IMG/VR virus record: IMGVR_UViG_3300042350_003263
Span: 1 to 56,902 of that record
Origin: a virus
Lineage: Duplodnaviria; Caudoviricetes
Reading direction: 5' to 3' (one strand)
Length of the DNA: 56,902 nucleotides
Shown in pieces: positions 41,934 to 51,719 of the stretch (position 1 is the first letter of the stretch; the number at the start of each line of letters is the position of its first letter). The notes below the pieces were generated by a model. The model ran no database searches and was not told the origin of the DNA. It was given only the letters and a program-made list of their open reading frames with translations. The translations under genes and the position numbers were made by a program.

Positions 41934-42916
41934 TGGATAAGACGTTAAAGGATAAGAATAGACGAGAGCTTGTATTCTCGCGGGATTACGTAGAGAGAGT
42001 TCTTCCTACGTATTTTGCGGAAGATTATCCTCAGTTTATTCAGTTTCTAAAAACTTATTATGAGTATTTAGATCAGGATGGTAATTTCGGCGATATCCTA
42101 AAAAATCTCGAGACTACTCGAGATATCGGTCAAACGAAGAAATCCAATCTAACCTTTATCGAGGATGAGCTTCTTCTTGGTCAAAACTACCTGGAAGGAA
42201 TTCTTGACACCAGAACCGGTGCAGAACTTTCGAATAATTATTATAGAACAAAGGGTACTAAGTATTCTATTCAAAGATTCTTTAGAGCTTTCTTTGGGAC
42301 AGATCCAGAAGTTATTTACGGTAAGAATTTTGTTTTTAATGTAGGCGAATCTCAGATAGGTCCGAACTCGCAGAAATATATCATTGATGATAAAGTATAT
42401 CAATTTTGGGGCTTATTGATTAAGACTGATAGAGCTAGAAAAGAATGGATAGACCTCTATAAACTATTTGCTCATCCTGGTGGTATGTACGTCGGCTCTC
42501 AGGTTCAAGTTGTTTCTGTTAACGAAGACGCTAGCTTTGATACTATGCCTATCGCAATACCGCCAGCTTCTTCTATCCCGGTGTATACCTCTATTGCATA
42601 TGCTCAATTCTCCCCACTCGGAGAATACTCTGGCCTTATCGCTTCAGAAGTTGATTCTTCAGGCTTTATGCGTATTGACCTCGATAGATCTCGTGTTGGA
42701 GACTTTATCGATACTACACCAACAGATACATATGGCACTGTTGAATATCTTGATACACACTATCAGAATATTAGAGACATGATAAAAGAAACCTCTCCAC
42801 GCATGGACGAAGATTCAGGCGAAAGTGTAGGTGATCTATCAGCTATGAAGATTAGTAATAATCAAATTAGAATGGACGTGGATGCATTTGATTATTATGC
42901 GGATTCCTCCTATTAA
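41933..42916 (+). CDS. Baseplate wedge subunit (gp7-like)
   Basis: YPQFIQFLKTYYEY, YRTKGT..S..RFFR.FF, HPGG. Confidence 0.78.
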   Translation: MDKTLKDKNRRELVFSRDYVERVLPTYFAEDYPQFIQFLKTYYEYLDQDGNFGDILKNLETTRDIGQTKKSNLTFIEDELLLGQNYLEGILDTRTGAELSNNYYRTKGTKYSIQRFFRAFFGTDPEVIYGKNFVFNVGESQIGPNSQKYIIDDKVYQFWGLLIKTDRARKEWIDLYKLFAHPGGMYVGSQVQVVSVNEDASFDTMPIAIPPASSIPVYTSIAYAQFSPLGEYSGLIASEVDSSGFMRIDLDRSRVGDFIDTTPTDTYGTVEYLDTHYQNIRDMIKETSPRMDEDSGESVGDLSAMKISNNQIRMDVDAFDYYADSSY

Positions 42917-42921
42917 TTATG

Positions 42922-42929
42922 TATAAATA
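42922..42929 (+). promoter_or_regulatory. T4-type late promoter TATAAATA
   Basis: Exact consensus in intergenic space. Confidence 0.8.
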
Positions 42930-42953
42930 CAACTATTAAAGATAGGGACAAAT

Positions 42954-44030
42954 ATGTCAAGACAGCATATTAACGTTGGCACTAATGCGAATGATGGAAC
43001 CGGTGATACACTTAGAACCACCGGTCAGAAGATCAACTCTAACTTCGTTGAGCTATACAGAGTGCTCGGCGGGGATTCAGATCTTTTATCCAGCACGGTT
43101 CTTCTTGGTCCGAACCAGATTACCTTCGAAGGTCTTTCGTTTAATAATTTCGAAACAGTATTAACTACGGTTGAACCTACACAAGATAATCTTATCACTT
43201 TCCCAGATTCTACTGGTGAAGTAGTTCTTACTACCGCTGATCAAGATCTTTATAATAAGCATCTTTACAATGTTAAAATAGATGGTGATTTAAGATTACA
43301 TGGAGTATCTGGTACTGGATATTACCTAATTAAATATAAAGGTGTAGTTGATTCTGATTCCGATCTTAATGTTAATATCCCTAATTTATTAGATAGTGAT
43401 ACTTTAGTATTTCAGAAACATACCCAAACTCTGACAAATAAAACACTGACATCCCCTACCATCAATAACCCTAGAATCGGAACAACAGTTCTTGATATAG
43501 CAGGGAATACTATATTAGCTTTGCCTACTACTGCATCCGCTGTGAATCACATTGAAATATCTGCTGCTACTACTGGTAATAAACCGACAATTAATACTCT
43601 TGGAACAGATACGAATATTGATCTAATGATCTCAGCAAAGGGAACGGGTGTAATCGAATTAGACGATCCTCTCCGCCTTGCACGTAGTAATTATTCAACT
43701 AATTCTACCATTTCGTTACAAGATAATATCGCACTGTTTAGCGGAACTTCTGGCACAAATACTTTCAAACTCCCGAGAGGAACCGGGAGAAACAACGTTC
43801 CTATGCTCTTTGTAAATGCAGGCGGTTCTGTTGCAACTGTGAGTGTAGATTCTAACGGTTCTGGAACCACTTGGTTTGGTCATACAGGATACAAAAATTT
43901 TACACTGAGAGAAAAAGCCTCTATCATGGGTATCTACAGTACTGAAACTTCAGGTGGGGCTACTGAAGGTTGGTATTTAATTGGACTGGACTCTGCTCGT
44001 GGTCTAGGTAATAGAGTCATTCTATCTTAA
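42954..44030 (+). CDS. Baseplate/tail-fibre connector (gp9/gp10 N-terminal domain)
   Basis: INVGTNANDGTGDTLR..G.KINSNFVELY; QTLTNKTLTSP. Confidence 0.8.
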   Translation: MSRQHINVGTNANDGTGDTLRTTGQKINSNFVELYRVLGGDSDLLSSTVLLGPNQITFEGLSFNNFETVLTTVEPTQDNLITFPDSTGEVVLTTADQDLYNKHLYNVKIDGDLRLHGVSGTGYYLIKYKGVVDSDSDLNVNIPNLLDSDTLVFQKHTQTLTNKTLTSPTINNPRIGTTVLDIAGNTILALPTTASAVNHIEISAATTGNKPTINTLGTDTNIDLMISAKGTGVIELDDPLRLARSNYSTNSTISLQDNIALFSGTSGTNTFKLPRGTGRNNVPMLFVNAGGSVATVSVDSNGSGTTWFGHTGYKNFTLREKASIMGIYSTETSGGATEGWYLIGLDSARGLGNRVILS

Positions 44031-44041
44031 GGAAAATATAA

Positions 44042-45442
44042 ATGGTTGCTATAATCACAGACGCAATTAAAAGACAGTTTATTCAAGAAATTTATGATGA
44101 TCTATCAGACTCTGCAGCGTCTAGATATTATGTGGCCGTTGCTAAATCTGAAGATTGGAACGACTCTGATATCCCAGTCAATCCATCAAATACCGATAGA
44201 GAAGCCAGAAACTTTAGACTTGGTATGCAAGCCATAAAGCGTATTACCGATTACTCATTTACAGTTCCTAGATATAACTGGTCTTTCGGTACTACCTATT
44301 CAGCATATAACGATAATACTTCAGGATATCCTACTATCCCATATTACGTTTTAACCGAAGATAATGCTGTCTATATCTGTCTAAAGCAAGCAAAAACAGA
44401 TGGTGGTATTGCTCAACCTTCTACGGTTAAACCAACCGGAACCTTAGTAAGAGAATATACAGCAGCTGATGGTTATGTCTGGAAGTTCCTTTACACCATT
44501 GGTACACTATCAGCTACAAAATTTCTAACCGCTAACTATATGCCGGTGCAGAAAATCCTGACAACCGACTCAGACTCATTAGCGGTAGAGATTGAACAGA
44601 AAGCTATACAAGATGCTGCGATTCCAGGCCAGGTAATTGGACTTCGAATCGTGAATGGTGGTGCTGGTTATGATGATGCACCTGTTCCTACTATTACCAT
44701 TGTTGGAAACGGTACTGCTGCTCAGGGCTTAACTTGGGTTACTGGTGGGGTAATCACTAAAGTAGAAATGGATGAATCAGACGGCGAGATAATTGCTGGA
44801 TCTGGATATAGTTGGGCTGAAGCTGTTATATCAGGTGGATCACCTACCACTGCTGCTAGTGTATTACCTATCCTAAGTCCAAAGAATGGATTTGGTGCTG
44901 ATCCACGCATTGACCTAAAAGCAACAGCAATCATGTTTAACGTTATTCCTGATAGTGATGAGAATGGTGAATGGGTTATCGGTAACTCATTCCGTCAACT
45001 TGGTATTCTTAAAAATCCTAAGGTGGGTGATATAAGCAGCGATTCAGACTATATTGCCGCGGCGGGTAATACATTAAGAGGTTTACGTTTTGCTTCGGTC
45101 TCGACCGCATTTACAGTAGGCTCTACAATTCAAGGTGCAACATCTTCTGCAAAGGCACTAGTGGATAAAATCAGCGGAACTGGAAGTAGTACTATAATCT
45201 ACTATCACCAATCAGAAGCTACTGGCTTTACCCAATTCCAGGAAGCAGAAGCTATTACAGAATTAAATGGACTTCCTGGTAGTGGTATTCTAAAAGCTGG
45301 GGCTTTTGACGCTGATTCTAGAGCTTATGACTATCCATCCGCAGATCCTTTCTCTGGCGAATTACTCTATATAGATAACAGAGCAAAGATTGATCGCGAT
45401 GAGGGTCAAGCAGAAGACATTAAAATAATCATTCAGTTATAA
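44042..45442 (+). CDS. gp8: Baseplate wedge subunit
   Basis: VPRYNW, YYVLT...VYICL, DGYVWKFLY, SGELLYIDNR, EDIKIII. Confidence 0.9.
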   Translation: MVAIITDAIKRQFIQEIYDDLSDSAASRYYVAVAKSEDWNDSDIPVNPSNTDREARNFRLGMQAIKRITDYSFTVPRYNWSFGTTYSAYNDNTSGYPTIPYYVLTEDNAVYICLKQAKTDGGIAQPSTVKPTGTLVREYTAADGYVWKFLYTIGTLSATKFLTANYMPVQKILTTDSDSLAVEIEQKAIQDAAIPGQVIGLRIVNGGAGYDDAPVPTITIVGNGTAAQGLTWVTGGVITKVEMDESDGEIIAGSGYSWAEAVISGGSPTTAASVLPILSPKNGFGADPRIDLKATAIMFNVIPDSDENGEWVIGNSFRQLGILKNPKVGDISSDSDYIAAAGNTLRGLRFASVSTAFTVGSTIQGATSSAKALVDKISGTGSSTIIYYHQSEATGFTQFQEAEAITELNGLPGSGILKAGAFDADSRAYDYPSADPFSGELLYIDNRAKIDRDEGQAEDIKIIIQL

Positions 45443-45451
45443 GGACTAAAA

Positions 45452-48400
45452 ATGGTAAGTCAAGTAATTAAAGACAGTTTCCTAAACATCTATAAGGATG
45501 ATTATAGGGACAGTGACAACTATTATAAAATCCTATTTAATAATGGTAGAGCGCTACAACAGCGAGAGCTTAACCAGATGCAGACTATCATTAATAAGGA
45601 TATAAAATCCTTTGCTGGATATATGCTTGATCCCGGTGCTGCTACAGAAGGCGGTGCAATTGCTGTACTAAAAGTTCCATTTATTAGATTAAATCTAGTT
45701 TCCAACCCACTACCTGCTAATCCTACATCAATTGAAAATGTCGTGTTTGAAGAAACCTCTACCGGTATTCAATTTAGAGTAGAGAAAGTTACCGCTGCTA
45801 CTGGTATCATATATGTGACTTATATTGACCAAGCCGGAGAAGTAGTTACTGATACTGCAATATCAATCACAAATACAAATAGTACTTTAGTGGCTCAAGA
45901 TGGGTCTGGGGTTACTCTTTCTACCTCTGCAACAAATACGCTAGTTTCTCCTATGACAGGGGAAGGTCTTCTGTGTATTCAGAATCCAGGTAGATTCTAC
46001 GTTGATGAGCATTTCATCTATAGTCCAAGACAAATTATTATTCTTTCCGCTACAAGCTCGAATGCTGATGTCGTAGTAGGTCATAAAGTTTCCGAATCAA
46101 TCGTAACAGTAAACGATAATGAAGACCTATATGACAACTCTGGTGCAAACTTAAACATCTCAGCGCCGGGTGCAGATAGATATAGAATTACTCTAGAACT
46201 TACTACTCAAGATTTAGTAGATTCATCTGATTATTTCATCCCGCAAATTAAAGTTGCTGATGGTAAGGTCGTTAGTGATAAAAATGCTGGGGCTAGCGGA
46301 TTAAAAGCTACAGAAGATTTCCTTGCTATTCGTTTAAGAGAAATCCATGGTAACTTTACCCAACAGAATTTTATTATTACTTTCGAAGATGATCCAAATA
46401 ACGCTGACGCTTTTAAAGTAATTATTAACCCGGGTAAGGCTTATGTTGGCGGTCACAGAGTTCATTTAAGAGAGCGTCTGGTCCTTACAGAAGCTCGTCC
46501 TAGAACTACCCAGGTTATTAATAATGAAACAACAACTGTAACTTACGGTAACTACGTTGTCGTAAGCGGTATGCAAAGTCTATTCGATGTCGGATCTTTC
46601 GAGAAAGTAAATATTAAACAAAGCTCTACTACCATTGGTACAGCTTATGTTAGAGCTATTGAAGAATTTGGCAGCAATTATAAAATTTACCTATTTGAAG
46701 TAAAAATGAATGCTGGTAAAAACTTTTCATCAGCTACCTCTATTCAAGATTCTACGAGTAATGCTGCAACTATCGTCCTAGAAAATGGTGTCGCTAGACT
46801 TTACGGTCAAGAAGATAGAAATCTGCTCTTTGGATTAAATCGTATTCGCCCAAAAAGTTTCTCAGATATCGTCTTCACTACTCAGAAGCATTTTGCCGCT
46901 CAAACCGCTGCAAGTAACCAGATTACCGTTTTAGCCGGTACAGGTAAAGCATTTGATGACACTGGTTCTTGGATAATTGTTAATGAAACTACCGACACAG
47001 TAGTAACTCCTACGATCACACTTTCTGGTGGAGGTAGTACTGCAGTTATTGGTGGTTTAACTAACGGGGAAAGTTATGCAGTACATGCCTATGTTCAACA
47101 TTCCGGTACTTCTGGTTCAGTAAGAACTAAAACATTAACAAATAGAACAGATTCGGGATTATCTGTATCTGGTGGTGTAGTAACATTATCTCAGGTTGAT
47201 GTGTACTCTATTACTTCTGTTATCGATAATACAACTAGTGCTGACATTACAAACAATTTCAAATTTTATAATGGCCAGACAGACAACTATTATGACTATG
47301 GTACACTAACCTTAAAAGGTGGTGCACCTACGCCAGCAAGCACAGTCACCGTAACTTATAGGCATTTCAACTGGGGTACTTCAGGAGACTTCTTCGCAGC
47401 ATCAAGCTACACTGGAACTATTGACTATGAGGATATTCCAGCCTTTAGACTGAATAATGGTAATACTGTAGAGTTAAGAGAAGTATTAGACTTCAGACCG
47501 AAAAGATCAGGTTCAACATTCAGCGGATTTGCTCTTCCTAGAAATGGTGATCTAATTACTATGGACGTAGAATACTACCTCCCAGTCAGAGGTAGAATAT
47601 TCATAACACGTGATGAAGTATTCGGGGTTTATTTCGGCGATCCAGCCTTTGATCCTAAGTTGAGAGATTTAGGAAATGACCTTGATACTATGGAAATCGC
47701 GAACTTCTATGCTAATCCTTATATGCTTAATACAGGGGATTTAGTTCTTAACTATACCCAGAATAAGCGATATACTATGAAAGAAATCTCTAACATTGAT
47801 GAAAGATTAAAAGAACTAAAAGAATTCACTACTCTTTCGTTATTAGAGCTCGGAGCAGTAAATAAGAATGTTCTTGATGCTGAAGGATTCAATAGACTAA
47901 AAACAGGTATTACCGCTGACAACTTTAAAGACCACTTCCAGACCGATACGGCTGATGAAGAACATAGAGCTGCTATAGACTTCATCGAAGGCGTGGTTAG
48001 ACCACAAACAACACAGAATTCTATTGATCTGGTTTTTGATTCTGATCTATCTAGCGGTGTTGTAAAGGTAGGCGATATAATTATCCTTGATTATGATGAA
48101 GAGGTTTGGAAGAACCAATCTTCAGTTTCTAGATCTATCCCTTTAGATGATACTATCTTGAAAAAATATCAAGGTGCTATTACAATGTCCCCTGGTACTG
48201 ATAACTGGAAAGATACCAAAACTCTTCCCGATAAAGTGATTACCGGTAACCCAAGAATTGAGCCTAAGATAAATAACACCTTTAACTATAACTCAGTTAG
48301 CTGGCAGGGTATTAAAGCAGGTGATCTAGCAAATGCACAAAATGGAACTGTAGTAGCTACCGGTACTTCAACCTCATCTACTACTTCAACCGGTGGCGTA

Positions 48401-49837
48401 ACAACTACTAAAACTGTAGGAGTAAAGGGTGGTACAAATACCATTACTACTACTACGGCTAAGCGAGAAACAACTGTTACTAAAACCCCAGTTTATAAAT
48501 TGGAGGGAAGTACTTATCTTTCAGAATCTCTGGGTGAGTTTGTTCGCGCAAGAATTTCTATTCCTTATATGAGATCCAGATTCGTATCCTTTAAAGCGAC
48601 CGGCTTAAGACCGAATACGCGTCACTTCGCATTCTTTGGTTCGACAGCGGTAGATGATTGGGTATACGCAGCGACTGGCCCAAGTGAATTCACAAGAGCT
48701 TCTGATCTTTCTAGAACTAGTGATTTCAGAAAATGCGGACCAGAACTTTCTAACTTTACTCAGTATCCTTTTGATGGGGGGGCAACCCAAATTGTGACCG
48801 ACGCAAACGGTACAGTATCAGGTTGGTTCCTGATCCCAAATACAAGTAGTATTCGATTTAAAACCGGAAGAGTTACTTTTAGATTACTCGATATCAGTAT
48901 ATTAAGTGATGTAGGTGCAACATCTACAGCAAGTTTTGTCTATGAAGCGAATGGTACTTTAGAGCAAGTTCAAGAAGAAGTGCTTTCTACTAGAGTATAT
49001 CAGATTTCTACGGCTATTGATACCGATACTTCTACAAAAGTTATTCCTGAAAGATCAAATACCGTCTTTACCCCAAATCCAGTACCAGTAAAGGTAGAAA
49101 AAGAATCCTGCTTTGTAAAAGGCACAAAGGTTAAGATGTTCGATGGTTCTGAAAAGAATATCGAAGACATACAGATCTTCGATATGCTGATGGGTCAGAC
49201 TGGCCCTAATATGGTACTATCTTATGACCACTGGCCATTAGGAGGAAGAGATTTAATTGGTATTAATGGATCTGGACCTTTCAAAACTCCTGAACATCCT
49301 TTGATGACAAAAGAAGGTTGGAAAGCATATGATAGTGAACTTACTCAAATCCAAAAACCAGAGATTGCCCATCTAATGGTAAACGGCAGTTTAAAAATTG
49401 GCGACGAAATTTTCATGGGTAATGATACTTGGGTAAGAATAGAATCTCTTGAAGTTCACTCAAATGAACCAGAACAGGTAGTTTATAACTTCTATCTAAA
49501 CGGAGACAACACTTATTATGCTAATGGTATGTTAGCACATAATAGATGTGGTACACCTCCGGGTAATCCAAGTTGTCATGGTGGCGGCGGGTATACCAGT
49601 GGACCTGGCTGGAGTGGAAGTGATATTAGACTGAAATCTGATATTCAGTATCTTTATAATATGGATGATATTAAGATCTATTCATTTAAATATCTATGGG
49701 ACACCGTCACCAAGCATATTGGTGTAATGGCTCAAGATCTAATCGGAACTAAATATGCTAATGCTGTAGCTACCGATGAGAATGGATATTATAAAGTCGA
49801 TTATAGTCAACTTCCGAATATACCTGGTAGAGATTAA
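45452..49837 (+). CDS. VrlC/DUF4815-like structural protein with C-terminal Hint and S74 chaperone domains
   Basis: YKDDY...YYKILF..GRALQQRELNQMQ, APGADRY, RYTMKEI; CFVKGT...YYANGMLAHN; SDIRLK. Confidence 0.85.
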   Translation: MVSQVIKDSFLNIYKDDYRDSDNYYKILFNNGRALQQRELNQMQTIINKDIKSFAGYMLDPGAATEGGAIAVLKVPFIRLNLVSNPLPANPTSIENVVFEETSTGIQFRVEKVTAATGIIYVTYIDQAGEVVTDTAISITNTNSTLVAQDGSGVTLSTSATNTLVSPMTGEGLLCIQNPGRFYVDEHFIYSPRQIIILSATSSNADVVVGHKVSESIVTVNDNEDLYDNSGANLNISAPGADRYRITLELTTQDLVDSSDYFIPQIKVADGKVVSDKNAGASGLKATEDFLAIRLREIHGNFTQQNFIITFEDDPNNADAFKVIINPGKAYVGGHRVHLRERLVLTEARPRTTQVINNETTTVTYGNYVVVSGMQSLFDVGSFEKVNIKQSSTTIGTAYVRAIEEFGSNYKIYLFEVKMNAGKNFSSATSIQDSTSNAATIVLENGVARLYGQEDRNLLFGLNRIRPKSFSDIVFTTQKHFAAQTAASNQITVLAGTGKAFDDTGSWIIVNETTDTVVTPTITLSGGGSTAVIGGLTNGESYAVHAYVQHSGTSGSVRTKTLTNRTDSGLSVSGGVVTLSQVDVYSITSVIDNTTSADITNNFKFYNGQTDNYYDYGTLTLKGGAPTPASTVTVTYRHFNWGTSGDFFAASSYTGTIDYEDIPAFRLNNGNTVELREVLDFRPKRSGSTFSGFALPRNGDLITMDVEYYLPVRGRIFITRDEVFGVYFGDPAFDPKLRDLGNDLDTMEIANFYANPYMLNTGDLVLNYTQNKRYTMKEISNIDERLKELKEFTTLSLLELGAVNKNVLDAEGFNRLKTGITADNFKDHFQTDTADEEHRAAIDFIEGVVRPQTTQNSIDLVFDSDLSSGVVKVGDIIILDYDEEVWKNQSSVSRSIPLDDTILKKYQGAITMSPGTDNWKDTKTLPDKVITGNPRIEPKINNTFNYNSVSWQGIKAGDLANAQNGTVVATGTSTSSTTSTGGVTTTKTVGVKGGTNTITTTTAKRETTVTKTPVYKLEGSTYLSESLGEFVRARISIPYMRSRFVSFKATGLRPNTRHFAFFGSTAVDDWVYAATGPSEFTRASDLSRTSDFRKCGPELSNFTQYPFDGGATQIVTDANGTVSGWFLIPNTSSIRFKTGRVTFRLLDISILSDVGATSTASFVYEANGTLEQVQEEVLSTRVYQISTAIDTDTSTKVIPERSNTVFTPNPVPVKVEKESCFVKGTKVKMFDGSEKNIEDIQIFDMLMGQTGPNMVLSYDHWPLGGRDLIGINGSGPFKTPEHPLMTKEGWKAYDSELTQIQKPEIAHLMVNGSLKIGDEIFMGNDTWVRIESLEVHSNEPEQVVYNFYLNGDNTYYANGMLAHNRCGTPPGNPSCHGGGGYTSGPGWSGSDIRLKSDIQYLYNMDDIKIYSFKYLWDTVTKHIGVMAQDLIGTKYANAVATDENGYYKVDYSQLPNIPGRD
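49109..49543 (+). other. Hint (intein-like, BIL-type) domain
   Basis: CFVKGTKVKM, TPEHP, VYNF, HN followed by Arg. Confidence 0.8.
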
Positions 49838-49856
49838 ATAGGCGAACCAAAAAGTC

Positions 49857-49864
49857 TATAAATA
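49857..49864 (+). promoter_or_regulatory. T4-type late promoter TATAAATA
   Basis: Exact consensus between the two VrlC-like ORFs. Confidence 0.8.
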
Positions 49865-49891
49865 ACAAGATAAGTTTATTAGGGAATTTCC

Positions 49892-51493
49892 ATGAGTGAA
49901 TCAAAACACGTAAGTCCGATGTTTCAGACATTTTATGTCGAAAACAAATTCGGGGTTTATATCACAAAAATCGGATTATTTTTCAGAACAAAATCTGACA
50001 AAGATGGCGTCAGAATTAATATCCGTGACTCATTTAAGGCCGGCCAATTAAGCCCGAACACCTTGGATATTATTCCTGGGACAGACGTATTTAAATCTGC
50101 TTCAGAAATTACTGTTTCAGAAAATGCTTCAGCAGAAACAATTTTTGAATTCGAAGAGCCTATTTATCTTTTCCCTGATAAATTCTATGCAATTGCCATT
50201 ATTACAAATGATGGGGTCGGCTATGAAATTTGGTCAGCTACCGTCGGTGATTTTAACCTCGGCACCACCACTTCTAGAGTTTCTCAAGATCCTGACACTG
50301 GGGTATTATTCCGGGCAGCTGGTGGTTTAGCTAAAATCCCAGAAGGTATTACTGATCTAAAATATAAAATTTATAGAGCCAAGTTTAAATCTACCGGTGG
50401 TACAGTCGTATTAAAAGATGCTAATCCATCGAGACAATTACTCGAGACTAATCCGTTCCTTACCACTAACGCTTCAGCTGTTGTTCGTGTATATCACCCA
50501 GATCACGGTTTCCAGATAAACGATAAAGTGCATATCACCGGATTAACAGCCGGAACTTCTTATAATGGTATCACAGGTGCTCAAATGCTTGGCACTAGAA
50601 CGGTTACCCAAATAGACGCTACCGGATATAAATTCACTGCTGGAGGTACTGCTTCTTCAAGTGGAAGAGTTGGTGGTGCGGCAGTGAAAGTAACAGAGCA
50701 ATATGTATTCGATTTACTAACCCCTACTATCGATCATTACATTCCGAGAAACGTTGCAAAGGTAACTTATAGCGGACAGTTCTGTACTTCTACCTCTTTT
50801 GCAGCAGACTCTGATGATGAACAAAGATATGCAACTACTTCTAATATTGAATTAATTCCTAGTCAGACCATTACTTTTGAACAGCCTCATGTTATTCTCC
50901 AGGATTCAAACGAGACAGTACATTTTGGTGGAAATGAATCTACCAGAATTACTGCTACTTTGACTAACCTAACTACAAACGACTATATTTCACCTTACAT
51001 TGATATGCAGCGTGCTAGTCTTGTGGTTATGAATAACTTAATCGATAGACAAGATTCTGCTGCTTCGGTTGGATTTAGTACTCCGATAGATTTCGTTCCT
51101 GAAACTAATCCTTCTGGTGGTACCGAACTTGCTAAACATATTACTAAGCCAGTTGTTTTAGAAAATCCAGCGAATGGCCTAAAGATCAGCTTTGGTGCTC
51201 ATACCCCAATTGGCGGACAGATTGATACGTACTATAGAATTACTAAAGTTGGTGCGGATTCTGATATTCAATTGAAGAATTGGGTTTATATTAATTACGA
51301 CGAAACCCCTATTACCGACAAAGATCCGAACGTCTTTAGAGAATATGAAGCAAATCTCGGTGGGGAATATTATGACCAGCTAGATCACTTCGATCAATAT
51401 CAGCTTAAACTTGTTATGAGATCGCAATCGTCTTCTAGAGTCCCTAAGATTCAAGATCTAAGAACTATTGCTCTTGGTGTAGATTCAGCCTAA
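49892..51493 (+). CDS. Structural protein resembling the C-terminal half of VrlC-like proteins
   Basis: PMFQTF, YITKIGLFF, DLKYKIYRAKF, AKHITKPV.L, PKIQDLRTIAL. Confidence 0.8.
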   Translation: MSESKHVSPMFQTFYVENKFGVYITKIGLFFRTKSDKDGVRINIRDSFKAGQLSPNTLDIIPGTDVFKSASEITVSENASAETIFEFEEPIYLFPDKFYAIAIITNDGVGYEIWSATVGDFNLGTTTSRVSQDPDTGVLFRAAGGLAKIPEGITDLKYKIYRAKFKSTGGTVVLKDANPSRQLLETNPFLTTNASAVVRVYHPDHGFQINDKVHITGLTAGTSYNGITGAQMLGTRTVTQIDATGYKFTAGGTASSSGRVGGAAVKVTEQYVFDLLTPTIDHYIPRNVAKVTYSGQFCTSTSFAADSDDEQRYATTSNIELIPSQTITFEQPHVILQDSNETVHFGGNESTRITATLTNLTTNDYISPYIDMQRASLVVMNNLIDRQDSAASVGFSTPIDFVPETNPSGGTELAKHITKPVVLENPANGLKISFGAHTPIGGQIDTYYRITKVGADSDIQLKNWVYINYDETPITDKDPNVFREYEANLGGEYYDQLDHFDQYQLKLVMRSQSSSRVPKIQDLRTIALGVDSA

Positions 51494-51508
51494 TACGGAG
51501 AAAAGATT

Positions 51509-51718
51509 ATGATTCCTGTTGAAGGTCAAGAAGGATTATACAGAGATCCGAAAACTGACGCTATAATTTTGATAAATAAGGATGAAATCAAAAAACGTCA
51601 AGCAATTAAAGCTGCAAGACGTAAACAGAAGTTAGAGCAGAAACAAGAAATCCAATATTTAAAAAATGAAATAAATGAACTGAAGGATTTAGTTAAGCAG
51701 CTATTAGAAAAGAGATGA
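51509..51718 (+). CDS. Small conserved coiled-coil virion-region protein
   Basis: VEGQEGLYRD..T.AII.IN...EINELK.L. Confidence 0.8.
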   Translation: MIPVEGQEGLYRDPKTDAIILINKDEIKKRQAIKAARRKQKLEQKQEIQYLKNEINELKDLVKQLLEKR

Positions 51719-51719
51719 A

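Noticed and set aside
49109-49543. Canonical mobile splicing intein
   Set aside because: There is no endonuclease domain and the +1 residue is Arg, so it is treated as a BIL/Hint cleavage domain.
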